Source of the DNA: an uncultured Nitrospinota bacterium
Lineage (GTDB): Bacteria; Nitrospinota; Nitrospinia; Nitrospinales; JAJDAT01
NCBI GenBank assembly: GCA_964570665.1
Contig: CAZMZH010000016.1
Location: forward strand, 9,642-41,641
Length of the DNA: 32,000 nucleotides
Direction: 5' to 3'
The translations under genes were made by a program, and so were the position numbers. Below are positions 24,605 through 32,000 of this stretch, piece after piece. Under the pieces are notes generated by a model. That model was given only the letters and a program-made list of their open reading frames with translations. It searched no databases and had not been told where the DNA came from. Within the stretch, counting starts at the first letter, position 1. Each line of letters opens with the position of its first letter.

Positions 24605-26241
24605 TGATAAAAAATAATTTTCAAAACAGTATTCGAAATAAAATTTATTTAGGATCTTTGATTATTTTTTTACTCATTATAATTGAGGGCGGTATCACAA
24701 TTATTTTATCGCATAGAACTCAAAAATTTTTAGATCCCATGCTTATTGAACGCGCCACTCTGACGCTTGAATTAAAATCTAAAACTCAAGAGTTGAGTTA
24801 CCTAATAGGTGAATACGCCAACACGGGAGAAATGTATCAATTAAATGAAATCCGAAGTATTCAAGATTCTTTAGACCAGTTATTTTCTAAAATTTTTAAT
24901 TCTTTAAAGGGCAACTACCAAAGCGACAAAAAGATTAAGTCCATTAGGAAGAAACTAACTAAATACATAGATAACGCCCTAAAACTTGCAGACGATCATT
25001 TAAATTCTCAACCCTTAGATAATAATTTAGCTATTACTATTGAAGGTTCTTATAAGTCGTTCCGCGAAGAGATCGAAAACGAAATTATTGAAGAGCATAA
25101 TGTCCTTTTAAACATTTTTAAAAACGCTGAAAAGAATTCTTCGCAAAACATAAAAATTATCATTTTTGGAACCTTGCTGGTCATCGCTTCTAGCTTCTTA
25201 TTAATTTCAATATTGATTAGAAAAATCATTTTACCTATCGCTCAATTAGACTCTGCCACGAAATCCTTTGGCCAAGGAAATTTAGACGTTACCGTAAACT
25301 TGACTTCCAACGACGAATTTCAAGCCCTTGGCGAGTCTTTTAATTTTATGGTTAAAAATCTTAAGGAAAAAACGACTCATCTTGAAAATGCTAAAATTGA
25401 GTTAAGCCAACTATTGGACGAACGGATGGCGATGGAAAACAAAATCCGCGAAGCTAATAAAGAACTCAAACAAACCAACCAAGAACTTAAAAAGTCCAAC
25501 CAATTAAAATCCGAATTTTTAGCAAATATGTCACATGAACTTAGAACGCCTCTTAACGCTATAATAAACTTCACCGATCAAATCATAGAGGATTGGGAGG
25601 AATTGAAAACGGACGAAGAGTGGAACCGTGACGCTCATGATATGTCTAAAAGAACTCTCCGCTCGGGCAAACATTTGCTCTCATTGATTAACGATCTATT
25701 GGATATCGCCAAAATTGAAGCTGGTCAGACCACTCTACAAATTGAGGAATTTGATCTGTCTAGATTGATGGACGATACAATGGCCGAAATTTCACCTCTG
25801 GCGACAAAAAAGGGTATCGCCTTGGAAAACCAGTTCACTGGAAACTTACCTCCTTTTAATTTAGATCAGCGAATGATCAAACAAGTTTTTCTAAACCTCT
25901 TAAGTAACGCCATCAAATTTACGGATCGCGGTAAAGTTTCTGTCCAAGTTAGACAAAACGACGCTAAAAACTATTTAATAGACATCACTGATACAGGGAT
26001 AGGGTTACCTGAAGAAAAAATACAGCAAATTTTTGACCGTTTTAGGCAATTAGATAATTCCGATTCAAGAAAATACCAGGGGACTGGACTGGGATTAAAT
26101 TTAGTGCGAGAGATTTTACGTATCCATGGCGGTAAAATATCCGTTAAGAGTATTTTTGGAAAGGGTTCGACCTTTACTGTGACCCTTCCCCTTTTTGCAA
26201 CCCTTCCTGAAGATATTAAGGTTGCGAAATATGAAGAATAA
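24604..26241 (+). CDS. Sensor histidine kinase with helical extracytoplasmic domain and HAMP
   Basis: Two TM segments bracket a ~150-aa helical domain. HAMP is (PIAQLDSATKSFGQGNLD), followed by a coiled coil, H-box SHELRTPLNAI, N-box LLSNAIKFT, and G-boxes DTGIGLP and GTGLGLNLV. Confidence 0.9.
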   Translation: MIKNNFQNSIRNKIYLGSLIIFLLIIIEGGITIILSHRTQKFLDPMLIERATLTLELKSKTQELSYLIGEYANTGEMYQLNEIRSIQDSLDQLFSKIFNSLKGNYQSDKKIKSIRKKLTKYIDNALKLADDHLNSQPLDNNLAITIEGSYKSFREEIENEIIEEHNVLLNIFKNAEKNSSQNIKIIIFGTLLVIASSFLLISILIRKIILPIAQLDSATKSFGQGNLDVTVNLTSNDEFQALGESFNFMVKNLKEKTTHLENAKIELSQLLDERMAMENKIREANKELKQTNQELKKSNQLKSEFLANMSHELRTPLNAIINFTDQIIEDWEELKTDEEWNRDAHDMSKRTLRSGKHLLSLINDLLDIAKIEAGQTTLQIEEFDLSRLMDDTMAEISPLATKKGIALENQFTGNLPPFNLDQRMIKQVFLNLLSNAIKFTDRGKVSVQVRQNDAKNYLIDITDTGIGLPEEKIQQIFDRFRQLDNSDSRKYQGTGLGLNLVREILRIHGGKISVKSIFGKGSTFTVTLPLFATLPEDIKVAKYEE

Positions 26242-26605
26242 AATTAAAACACTAGTCATTGAGGATAACGAGGATAATTGGATAGCGATTAAATCCAACC
26301 TAAAAAAAGTAGCCGATTGTATCCGCGCAGTATCTGTAAAGGAGGGCATTTCTTTTTTTGAACAAAATGAGGTTGATCTCGTTATTTTAGATCTTCAGTT
26401 ACCGGGAGAACCTGGTCTAAACTTTGTTGAAATTATTAAAGCAGATCCATTGAAATTGGACGTTCCTATTTTTGTCTGCACAGCTTCTATTCAACCTGAA
26501 CTTAAGACAGAAGCGCTCAGCTTGGGATGTAAGGGTTTTATTTCAAAACCTTTTACCCGAAAAGAAATCCTTTATTTACTTCGCGATTACTTACCCCATG
26601 AATGA
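26231..26605 (+). CDS. Stand-alone CheY-like receiver protein
   Basis: KTLVIEDNEDN...DLVILDLQLPG...CTAS...KGFISKPF. The start is reassigned to ATG 26231, an 11-nt overlap with the kinase; the track start is 26195. Confidence 0.8.
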   Translation: MKNKIKTLVIEDNEDNWIAIKSNLKKVADCIRAVSVKEGISFFEQNEVDLVILDLQLPGEPGLNFVEIIKADPLKLDVPIFVCTASIQPELKTEALSLGCKGFISKPFTRKEILYLLRDYLPHE

Positions 26606-28217
26606 ACCGCCGATAATACTCCTCGTTGACGATAACGAAGACAATTTAAAAACCTTGATAAGACCTCTAAAGAAAAAAGGGTTCGATCTCCTTTTGGCTC
26701 AAAGCGGAGAAGAGGCTCTTAATTTCGTAAAACATGGTTCTGTCGATTTAATTCTCTTAGATATCATGATGCCGAAAATGAGCGGTATTGAAGTCCTCAA
26801 AACTATCCGCGCTAACTATTCCACGGAAGAATTACCCATCATTATGGCGACCGCTAAAACGGAAAACGAATCTATTATTCAAGCTATAAATTTAGGAGCG
26901 AACGATTACGTAACTAAACCGATCAATCTTCCCGTCCTAATCGCCCGAATTACTGCTCAATTGTCTCGGAAAAAATCCGACGAAGCTTTTAAACAAACCA
27001 ATATTAAATTAAAGGAACTCAACCAAACACTTGAGTTACGCATTGAAAATCGAACAAGGGATTTATCGGAAACAAATAGGAAATTAAACTCAGAAATCGA
27101 AGAACGAAAGAGAATGGAAGAAAAACTAAAAAAGAAGCGCGACGAGCTTGAAACTTTAATCCAAAAACGAGACTCCGACCTTAAAGAAATTGAACGACTG
27201 CGCCGGAAGTTAGAAGCGGAAAACATGTCTCTTCGCGAAGAAGTCCCTATTGATTATGACTTAGGGGAGTTTGTTGGGCAGAGCTTTGCAATGAAGAAGG
27301 TTCTTGAACAAATCGAATTAGTCGCAAAAACAGAAGCGGGAGTTCTCCTTCAGGGAGAAACCGGCACTGGTAAAGAACTAGTTACTCGCTTAATCCACGA
27401 GCGTAGCGCTCGCAGTAACTACCCCCTAGTAAAGGTCAATTGCGTTTCTATTCCTAGAGATTTATTTGAAAGCGAGTTTTTTGGCCACGTTAAAGGAGCA
27501 TTTACCGGCGCGTTAAAAGATCGGATGGGACGTTTTCAACTAGCGGATGAAGGGACTTTATTCTTAGACGAAGTTTCTGAAATTCCTTTAGACCTTCAAG
27601 GAAAACTACTTCGCGTATTACAAGAAGGAGAGTTTGAGCGGATTGGAGACGATCAAACAAAAAAAGTAAATGTACGAATCATTGCGGCAACGAATCGCGA
27701 TTTACTCCAGGAAGTGAAAGAAGGAAGATTTAGATCGGATTTATTTTATCGATTGAGCGTGGTCCCCATTCATATCCCCCCTTTGAGGGAAAGACCAGAG
27801 GCCATTCGACCTTTAACCGAACATTTTATTAAATGCGCCTGCGCTCGCCTCAACCGTGGAAAACCCCAACTGACGGAGGAGTTTATTGATCATTTAGAAA
27901 AATATCATTGGCCAGGCAATGTGCGCGAATTGCAAAACATAATAGAGCGTTCCATTATCATTTCTCCCGATGGAGTACTAAGAGCAAATCTTCAGCAACT
28001 GAGGCCTGTAGCTAAAAGCGCTTCGAAAAAAAACGCGAATAAATCGCAAAAAATTACGCCGTTTGAAAATCTCAAACAAACCGAAAAAGTGATGACCCTA
28101 GAAGCTCTCAAAAAAACTAACGGTAAAGTTTATGGCCCCAATGGAGCGGCATCCTTATTAGGCGTTCCTGCATCTACTTTAGCTTACCGTATAAAAAAAT
28201 GGGGTTTTACTCAATAA
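26598..28217 (+). CDS. Sigma54-dependent response regulator (NtrC family) with long coiled-coil linker
   Basis: Domains are REC (ILLVDDNEDN...DLILLDIMMP), a ~93-aa heptad-rich linker, an AAA+ domain (GETGTGKE, GAFTGA, FLDEV, ESEFFGH) and a Fis-type HTH (ASLLGVPASTLAYRIKKWG). The start is reassigned to ATG 26598, overlapping the REC gene by 8 nt. Confidence 0.9.
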   Translation: MNEPPIILLVDDNEDNLKTLIRPLKKKGFDLLLAQSGEEALNFVKHGSVDLILLDIMMPKMSGIEVLKTIRANYSTEELPIIMATAKTENESIIQAINLGANDYVTKPINLPVLIARITAQLSRKKSDEAFKQTNIKLKELNQTLELRIENRTRDLSETNRKLNSEIEERKRMEEKLKKKRDELETLIQKRDSDLKEIERLRRKLEAENMSLREEVPIDYDLGEFVGQSFAMKKVLEQIELVAKTEAGVLLQGETGTGKELVTRLIHERSARSNYPLVKVNCVSIPRDLFESEFFGHVKGAFTGALKDRMGRFQLADEGTLFLDEVSEIPLDLQGKLLRVLQEGEFERIGDDQTKKVNVRIIAATNRDLLQEVKEGRFRSDLFYRLSVVPIHIPPLRERPEAIRPLTEHFIKCACARLNRGKPQLTEEFIDHLEKYHWPGNVRELQNIIERSIIISPDGVLRANLQQLRPVAKSASKKNANKSQKITPFENLKQTEKVMTLEALKKTNGKVYGPNGAASLLGVPASTLAYRIKKWGFTQ

Positions 28218-28370
28218 TATTCTCTCTTTTTCTTGGATATTTTTGATTTTAATCGTGAATTTAAAATCTCCTGGATCACTCCCCTCCATCCACCATCCCT
28301 GAGACTACTTCACGCTATTCCTAACCCCCATTCCTTTAATAGTAGTCCATAAAATACTGTAGTTCACTCT

Positions 28371-28439
28371 AAAAAACACAATATTTGAACACTAAAAACA
28401 CAATTATTGTTTTTTTGTGGGCCAATTAGTTGTGTTTTA
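28371..28439 (+). promoter_or_regulatory. Candidate enhancer (UAS) repeats for the sigma54 activator
   Basis: AAAACACAAT occurs at 28373-28382 and 28395-28404, 22 bp apart. Inverted versions are attgttttttt (28406-) and gttgtgtttt (28429-28438). They lie 85-150 bp upstream of the -24/-12 element. Confidence 0.45.
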
Positions 28440-28520
28440 TAAAGATGGCAACTTAATTAAAATCCTATAACTAGTTATATTTAAATCAGTTAATTCGAAA
28501 AAAACTCGGGTCACTCTTTG

Positions 28521-28536
28521 TGGCACAGATAATGCT
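28521..28536 (+). promoter_or_regulatory. Sigma54 (-24/-12) promoter
   Basis: TGGCAC-agata-ATGCT has exactly 10 nt between GG and GC, against the consensus TGGCAC-N5-TTGCW. It lies ~300 bp downstream of the sigma54 activator gene and ~115 bp upstream of the PAP2 start. Confidence 0.65.
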
Positions 28537-28651
28537 TTATGTAATTCGTGTACGAGGGCAGTTAATCCTCCTAATCTCCAAAAGCAAACGAATATTCATA
28601 ATCTATTCCTCCATAGGTTGTGAATATTCAAGTAGCAAAGGATATAAAACT

Positions 28652-29278
28652 GTGAGCGCTAATAGTTTATTTCTAACTTTTGATTCCAGCTTTTTTGTCT
28701 GGATAAACACCCACCTCCAGTACGCATGGTTACATGTTCTTATGGGTTTCATTACTAATAAACACAACTTTGTCTTCCCACTTTTTTTAATAGGGTTTTT
28801 ACTTATTTGGAACCAAAAATTTTCCGGGGCGTTATTTATTCTGACAGTGTTAATTATCATTGGTTGTAACGACGCGATTACCCATCATTTATTGAAGCCC
28901 TACTTTGGTCGAATTCGACCTTGTCATAATTTTCAAGACCTAATCGTCATTACCAATTGCACCAATAATTTTTCTTTTCCTTCAAATCACGCCAGTAATT
29001 GTTTTACCTTCGCAACTTTGGTTGGCCTTAACTTTCCAAAAGCTAGATTGTTCGTTTTTTTAGTAGCGGCTTTAGTTGGGTTTTCCAGAATTTATTTAGG
29101 AGTTCATTACCCCTTGGATGTTTTTGGAGGCGTTGTAGTAGGAGTTTTGATGGGAACCTTAGGGTATCACATTCAAAAAAGCCTGCTTTTATATTTCCAA
29201 ACAAAAAATATTAAAGTGACTCATCAATTTCCTTTCATAAAAAATTCCATAAATGAAATCTCAAGTCCAACCCGATAA
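28652..29278 (+). CDS. PAP2-family lipid phosphatase (undecaprenyl-diphosphate/phosphatidic acid phosphatase type)
   Basis: The three PAP2 motifs are KPYFGRIRP, PSNHAS and SRIYLGVHYPLDV. The start is tentatively GTG 28652 (RBS aaagga), because the track start at 28520 lies inside the sigma54 promoter. Confidence 0.75.
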   Translation: MSANSLFLTFDSSFFVWINTHLQYAWLHVLMGFITNKHNFVFPLFLIGFLLIWNQKFSGALFILTVLIIIGCNDAITHHLLKPYFGRIRPCHNFQDLIVITNCTNNFSFPSNHASNCFTFATLVGLNFPKARLFVFLVAALVGFSRIYLGVHYPLDVFGGVVVGVLMGTLGYHIQKSLLLYFQTKNIKVTHQFPFIKNSINEISSPTR

Positions 29279-31232
29279 AAAATTTTCTCTTCCCGTGAAA
29301 TCCAACTCACTATTAAACGTATTAATGCCCAATCGCTTTATCCGCTTAATTTTTTTTCTTTGTCTTTTTGAAAATTTTATCACTCGATTGGTCTTAGTCG
29401 TGTATGACTTTGACGCACTCAACAACTCAATAGTAGATCCGATAAAAATTCTTCTAGTAGGACTTTATTCTGATGCCCTCTATTTTGGTTATTTTTTAAT
29501 TCCTATAATTTTATATTTTATAATACTGCCTAAATCTTTAATCAAATCTGCCGCAAATAAAATATTCCTGCACTTTATAGCAATTGCGATCATCGTATTA
29601 TTCGCATTTCAGGGGCACTGCGAATGGTTTTTCTGGCAAGAGTTTCATAGTCGTTTTAATTTTATAGCCGTGGATTATCTGGTTTATACTCAAGAGGTTC
29701 TTGGAAACATCAATGAGTCTTATCCCATGCATTGGGTTTATATCTCTGTTTTTGCAAGCGCCGCTCTGGTTTATCTTCTTACAAAAAACTTAATCGTTTC
29801 CTCCATAGACCAGTTAACGGAAAAATCATTTACTAGCCGGATAATCAAAGGGTTCACTTTGCTGATGATTCCGATATTTATTTTTCTTATTTTGGGAGAA
29901 TTAAACGCAAAAACTTCGGATAATAAAATTGTAGATCAACTATCCAAAAACGGATTGTATGAAGGGTTTTCGGCATTCTGGAAGAATGAACTAGATTATT
30001 ACGATTTTTATAAAACCTTAGACGACAAAACACTTTTAGCTAAAATGATCCCAGAACTTAAAAGTGCGAATAGTCGAGTTTATCCAGATATTCCCGAAAA
30101 ACCGTTTAGACAAATATCAAATACAGGTCCCAATAGAAACCACAACGTCATTTTTGTCGTCGTGGAAAGTTTAAGCGCTTCTTTTCTTACGGCTTATGGA
30201 AACAAAAGGAATATAACGCCTTATCTCGATAAATTAATAGAAAAGTCATTATCATTTTCTCAATTATACGCGACAGGACTTCGAACCGTCAGGGGTCTTG
30301 AGGCGTTAACTTTATCTCTCCCGCCAACACCGGGTTATTCTATTGTCAAACGTCCGCATAATGAGAATTTATTCTCGGTAGGAAAAGTATTTCAATCAAA
30401 AGGCTATGAAACCAAGTTTATTTATGGCGGTTTCGGATATTTCGACAACATGAATTATTTTTTTAAAAACAACGGTTTCAATGTCATTGATCGAACGGAT
30501 TTCGAATCGGATGAAATTACATTTTCGAATATTTGGGGCGTTGCAGACGAAAACCTCTTTGATAAAACTTTAAAAGAAGCGGATAAATCATTTGCCAATA
30601 ACCAACCGTTTTTCAATTTTGTGCTGACTACATCGAACCATCGTCCCTACTCGTACCCTGAAAACCGGATCGACATTCCTTCCAAAACGGGAAGAGAGGG
30701 CGCGATAAAGTATACGGATTATGCTATTGGAACGTTTATAGAAAAAGCCCGACAACACGACTGGTTCAACAATACTCTATTCGTGATTATGGCGGATCAT
30801 TGCGCTGGAGGAAGAGGGAAAACTGAAATCCCAATCGAAAACTATCATATCCCTATGCTAATTTACGCGCCAAAAATATTAAAACCGCAAACCATAGATA
30901 CGTTAGCCAGTCAAATTGATATCTCTCCAACTATTTTTGGACTATTAAATTTTTCATACCCCAGTAAATTCTTTGGAAAAGATATCCTAAAATTAAAACC
31001 AGGCGAGGAAAGATTGCTCTTAGGAACCTACCAAAACTTAGGGTTCTTTAGAAATAAAACATTAGTAACTCTTTCTCCTAAGAAAAAAATAGAGTTTCAT
31101 GAAATCAATATTTCTGACAATAAAACAACTTCATCGTCGCCAAACAACATTAGATTAAACGAAGCCATTGGATACTATCAGTTAGCAAGTTATCTGCTTA
31201 AACATGATATGTATCGATGGGATCATTTTTAA
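29253..31232 (+). CDS. LtaS/OpgB-like membrane sulfatase-family transferase (phosphoglycerol or phosphoethanolamine transferase type)
   Basis: About five N-terminal TM helices precede an extracytoplasmic alkaline-phosphatase-superfamily domain (NVIFVVVESLSASF, TSNHRPY, VIMADHC). The start could instead be Met at 29325. Confidence 0.75.
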   Translation: MKSQVQPDKKFSLPVKSNSLLNVLMPNRFIRLIFFLCLFENFITRLVLVVYDFDALNNSIVDPIKILLVGLYSDALYFGYFLIPIILYFIILPKSLIKSAANKIFLHFIAIAIIVLFAFQGHCEWFFWQEFHSRFNFIAVDYLVYTQEVLGNINESYPMHWVYISVFASAALVYLLTKNLIVSSIDQLTEKSFTSRIIKGFTLLMIPIFIFLILGELNAKTSDNKIVDQLSKNGLYEGFSAFWKNELDYYDFYKTLDDKTLLAKMIPELKSANSRVYPDIPEKPFRQISNTGPNRNHNVIFVVVESLSASFLTAYGNKRNITPYLDKLIEKSLSFSQLYATGLRTVRGLEALTLSLPPTPGYSIVKRPHNENLFSVGKVFQSKGYETKFIYGGFGYFDNMNYFFKNNGFNVIDRTDFESDEITFSNIWGVADENLFDKTLKEADKSFANNQPFFNFVLTTSNHRPYSYPENRIDIPSKTGREGAIKYTDYAIGTFIEKARQHDWFNNTLFVIMADHCAGGRGKTEIPIENYHIPMLIYAPKILKPQTIDTLASQIDISPTIFGLLNFSYPSKFFGKDILKLKPGEERLLLGTYQNLGFFRNKTLVTLSPKKKIEFHEINISDNKTTSSSPNNIRLNEAIGYYQLASYLLKHDMYRWDHF

Positions 31233-31250
31233 AAGAAATTGTAAATATCA

Positions 31251-32000
31251 GTGAACAAAGAAAATATAAAAAAACTGCTAAGAAAACGAATTTGCATCAT
31301 TCATAACCCAACGGCAGGTGGAAGCAATAAACTTTATGGCGCATGTCTAGAAAAATTAAAAGAATTTAAAATCCAATTCGAAGTTTTAAAAACAACCGCT
31401 CCCGGTCACGCTAAAATACTCGCCAAAGAAGCGGAACAAGATCCTTCCTTTGAAGCGATTATCATTGCCGGAGGAGATGGCTCCATAAACGAAGCGGCAA
31501 ACGGTATTTTAGCAACGACTAAGCCATTTGGAATAATACCAATCGGGACTGCCAACGTTTTAGCGCACGAAATTGGTCTGAAGCTTAACTCCACAAGCAT
31601 TGCTAACGCGATTGCTTTTGGAGAAGCTAAACCCATATATTTGGGAAATCTGAATGGGAATGTTTTTTTATTAATGGCAAGCGTTGGTTTTGATTCCAGA
31701 GTAGTCGCTCAGGTTTCCACTAAACTTAAAAAAATTGTAGGAAAAGGAGCCTATTTAATTTCTGCAGTGAAAGTACTTTTACAGTACTCATCTCCAAAAC
31801 TCATCATTTCAACCAAAGAAAAAAGGTATAAAGGAAATTGGGTAATTATTTCTAAAAGTTCTTGTTATGGAGGAAAATTTCGTTTAGCTCCCGAAGCTGA
31901 CTTAAAACGTCCTGATTTTATCGTCACAGTTTTTAAAGGAGAAAAAAGAAAACATATTTTCTTAAATATTTGTAGCATTATTTTGGGCCAGGTCAAAAGA
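31251..32000 (+). CDS. YegS/BmrU-type diacylglycerol-kinase-family lipid kinase, 3' end beyond the window
   Basis: Hand translation from GTG 31251 gives VNKENIKKLLRKRICIIHNPTAGG...AIIIAGGDGSINEAANG...IIPIGTANVLAHEIG, with the DAGK catalytic-domain motifs. It is open to the window edge, with an in-frame TAA at 31242-31244 upstream. It is not in the ORF track. Confidence 0.75.
   Translation, partial: MNKENIKKLLRKRICIIHNPTAGGSNKLYGACLEKLKEFKIQFEVLKTTAPGHAKILAKEAEQDPSFEAIIIAGGDGSINEAANGILATTKPFGIIPIGTANVLAHEIGLKLNSTSIANAIAFGEAKPIYLGNLNGNVFLLMASVGFDSRVVAQVSTKLKKIVGKGAYLISAVKVLLQYSSPKLIISTKEKRYKGNWVIISKSSCYGGKFRLAPEADLKRPDFIVTVFKGEKRKHIFLNICSIILGQVKR

Noticed and set aside
26195-26597. Upstream extensions of the REC (26195) and NtrC (26472) ORFs as given in the track
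   Set aside because: The extensions overlap the preceding genes in another frame. The internal ATGs at 26231 and 26598 give canonical receiver N-termini (KTLVIEDN and IILLVDDN).
26957-27226. 89-aa minus-strand ORF
   Set aside because: It is antisense to the Lys/Glu-rich coiled-coil region of the sigma54 activator and is a codon-mirror artefact.
28520-28860. First 44 codons of the PAP2 track ORF and the antisense 85-aa ORF 28603-28860
   Set aside because: The track start coincides with the -24/-12 promoter element, and the extension is not PAP2-like. The antisense ORF lies within the PAP2 gene.
31406-31636. 76-aa minus-strand ORF
   Set aside because: It is antisense to the open-ended lipid-kinase gene, whose GGDGS and IPIGTAN motifs are unambiguous.
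1-32000. Looked for CRISPR arrays, transposase or integrase genes, rRNA and intact tRNA genes
   Set aside because: No regularly spaced repeats, no recombinase-like ORFs, no rRNA-like segments and no complete cloverleaf were found. Only the tRNA fragments reported above are present.

Overview
AT-rich chromosomal window from a Gram-negative bacterium. All motif calls and alignments were made by eye from the sequence and ORF track, without tools. Five blocks are visible. (1) 1-4195, minus strand: a bacterial proteasome cluster, mpa-dop-modifier-prcB-prcA. Its 56-aa modifier gene is missing from the ORF track; I translated it by hand and it ends in RTGE, the UBact-type terminus rather than Pup GGQ/GGE. 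(2) 4.4-8.8 kb: a hypothetical protein, an orphan TonB and a secreted repeat protein. (3) 9.0-21.5 kb: an accessory-looking metal block bracketed by fragments of a tRNA-Thr(CGU) gene. It holds a czcCBA-type HME-RND efflux operon with an OmpR/HK pair, flanked by ~90-bp direct repeats. It also holds the most interesting locus in the window: a MerR-family regulator transcribed divergently from a tightly coupled five-gene operon. That operon encodes DUF169, a class I SAM methyltransferase, an HgcA-like corrinoid/membrane protein (cap-helix NVWCAAAEG), a 62-aa Cys-rich protein, and a double TRASH/YHS Cys-rich protein ending in CC. No HgcB ferredoxin is present. I propose this is an undescribed metal-inducible corrinoid methyl-transfer system. 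(4) 21.8-28.2 kb: membrane proteins and a signalling module (beta-barrel, PstS-like protein, HK, REC, sigma54 activator). (5) 28.3-32.0 kb: a sigma54 promoter with upstream repeats in front of an operon of PAP2 phosphatase, LtaS-like transferase and lipid kinase. No CRISPR array, transposase, integrase or rRNA was seen. The UBact system plus an HgcA-like gene loosely suggests a Nitrospinota/Nitrospirota-like lineage, at low confidence.
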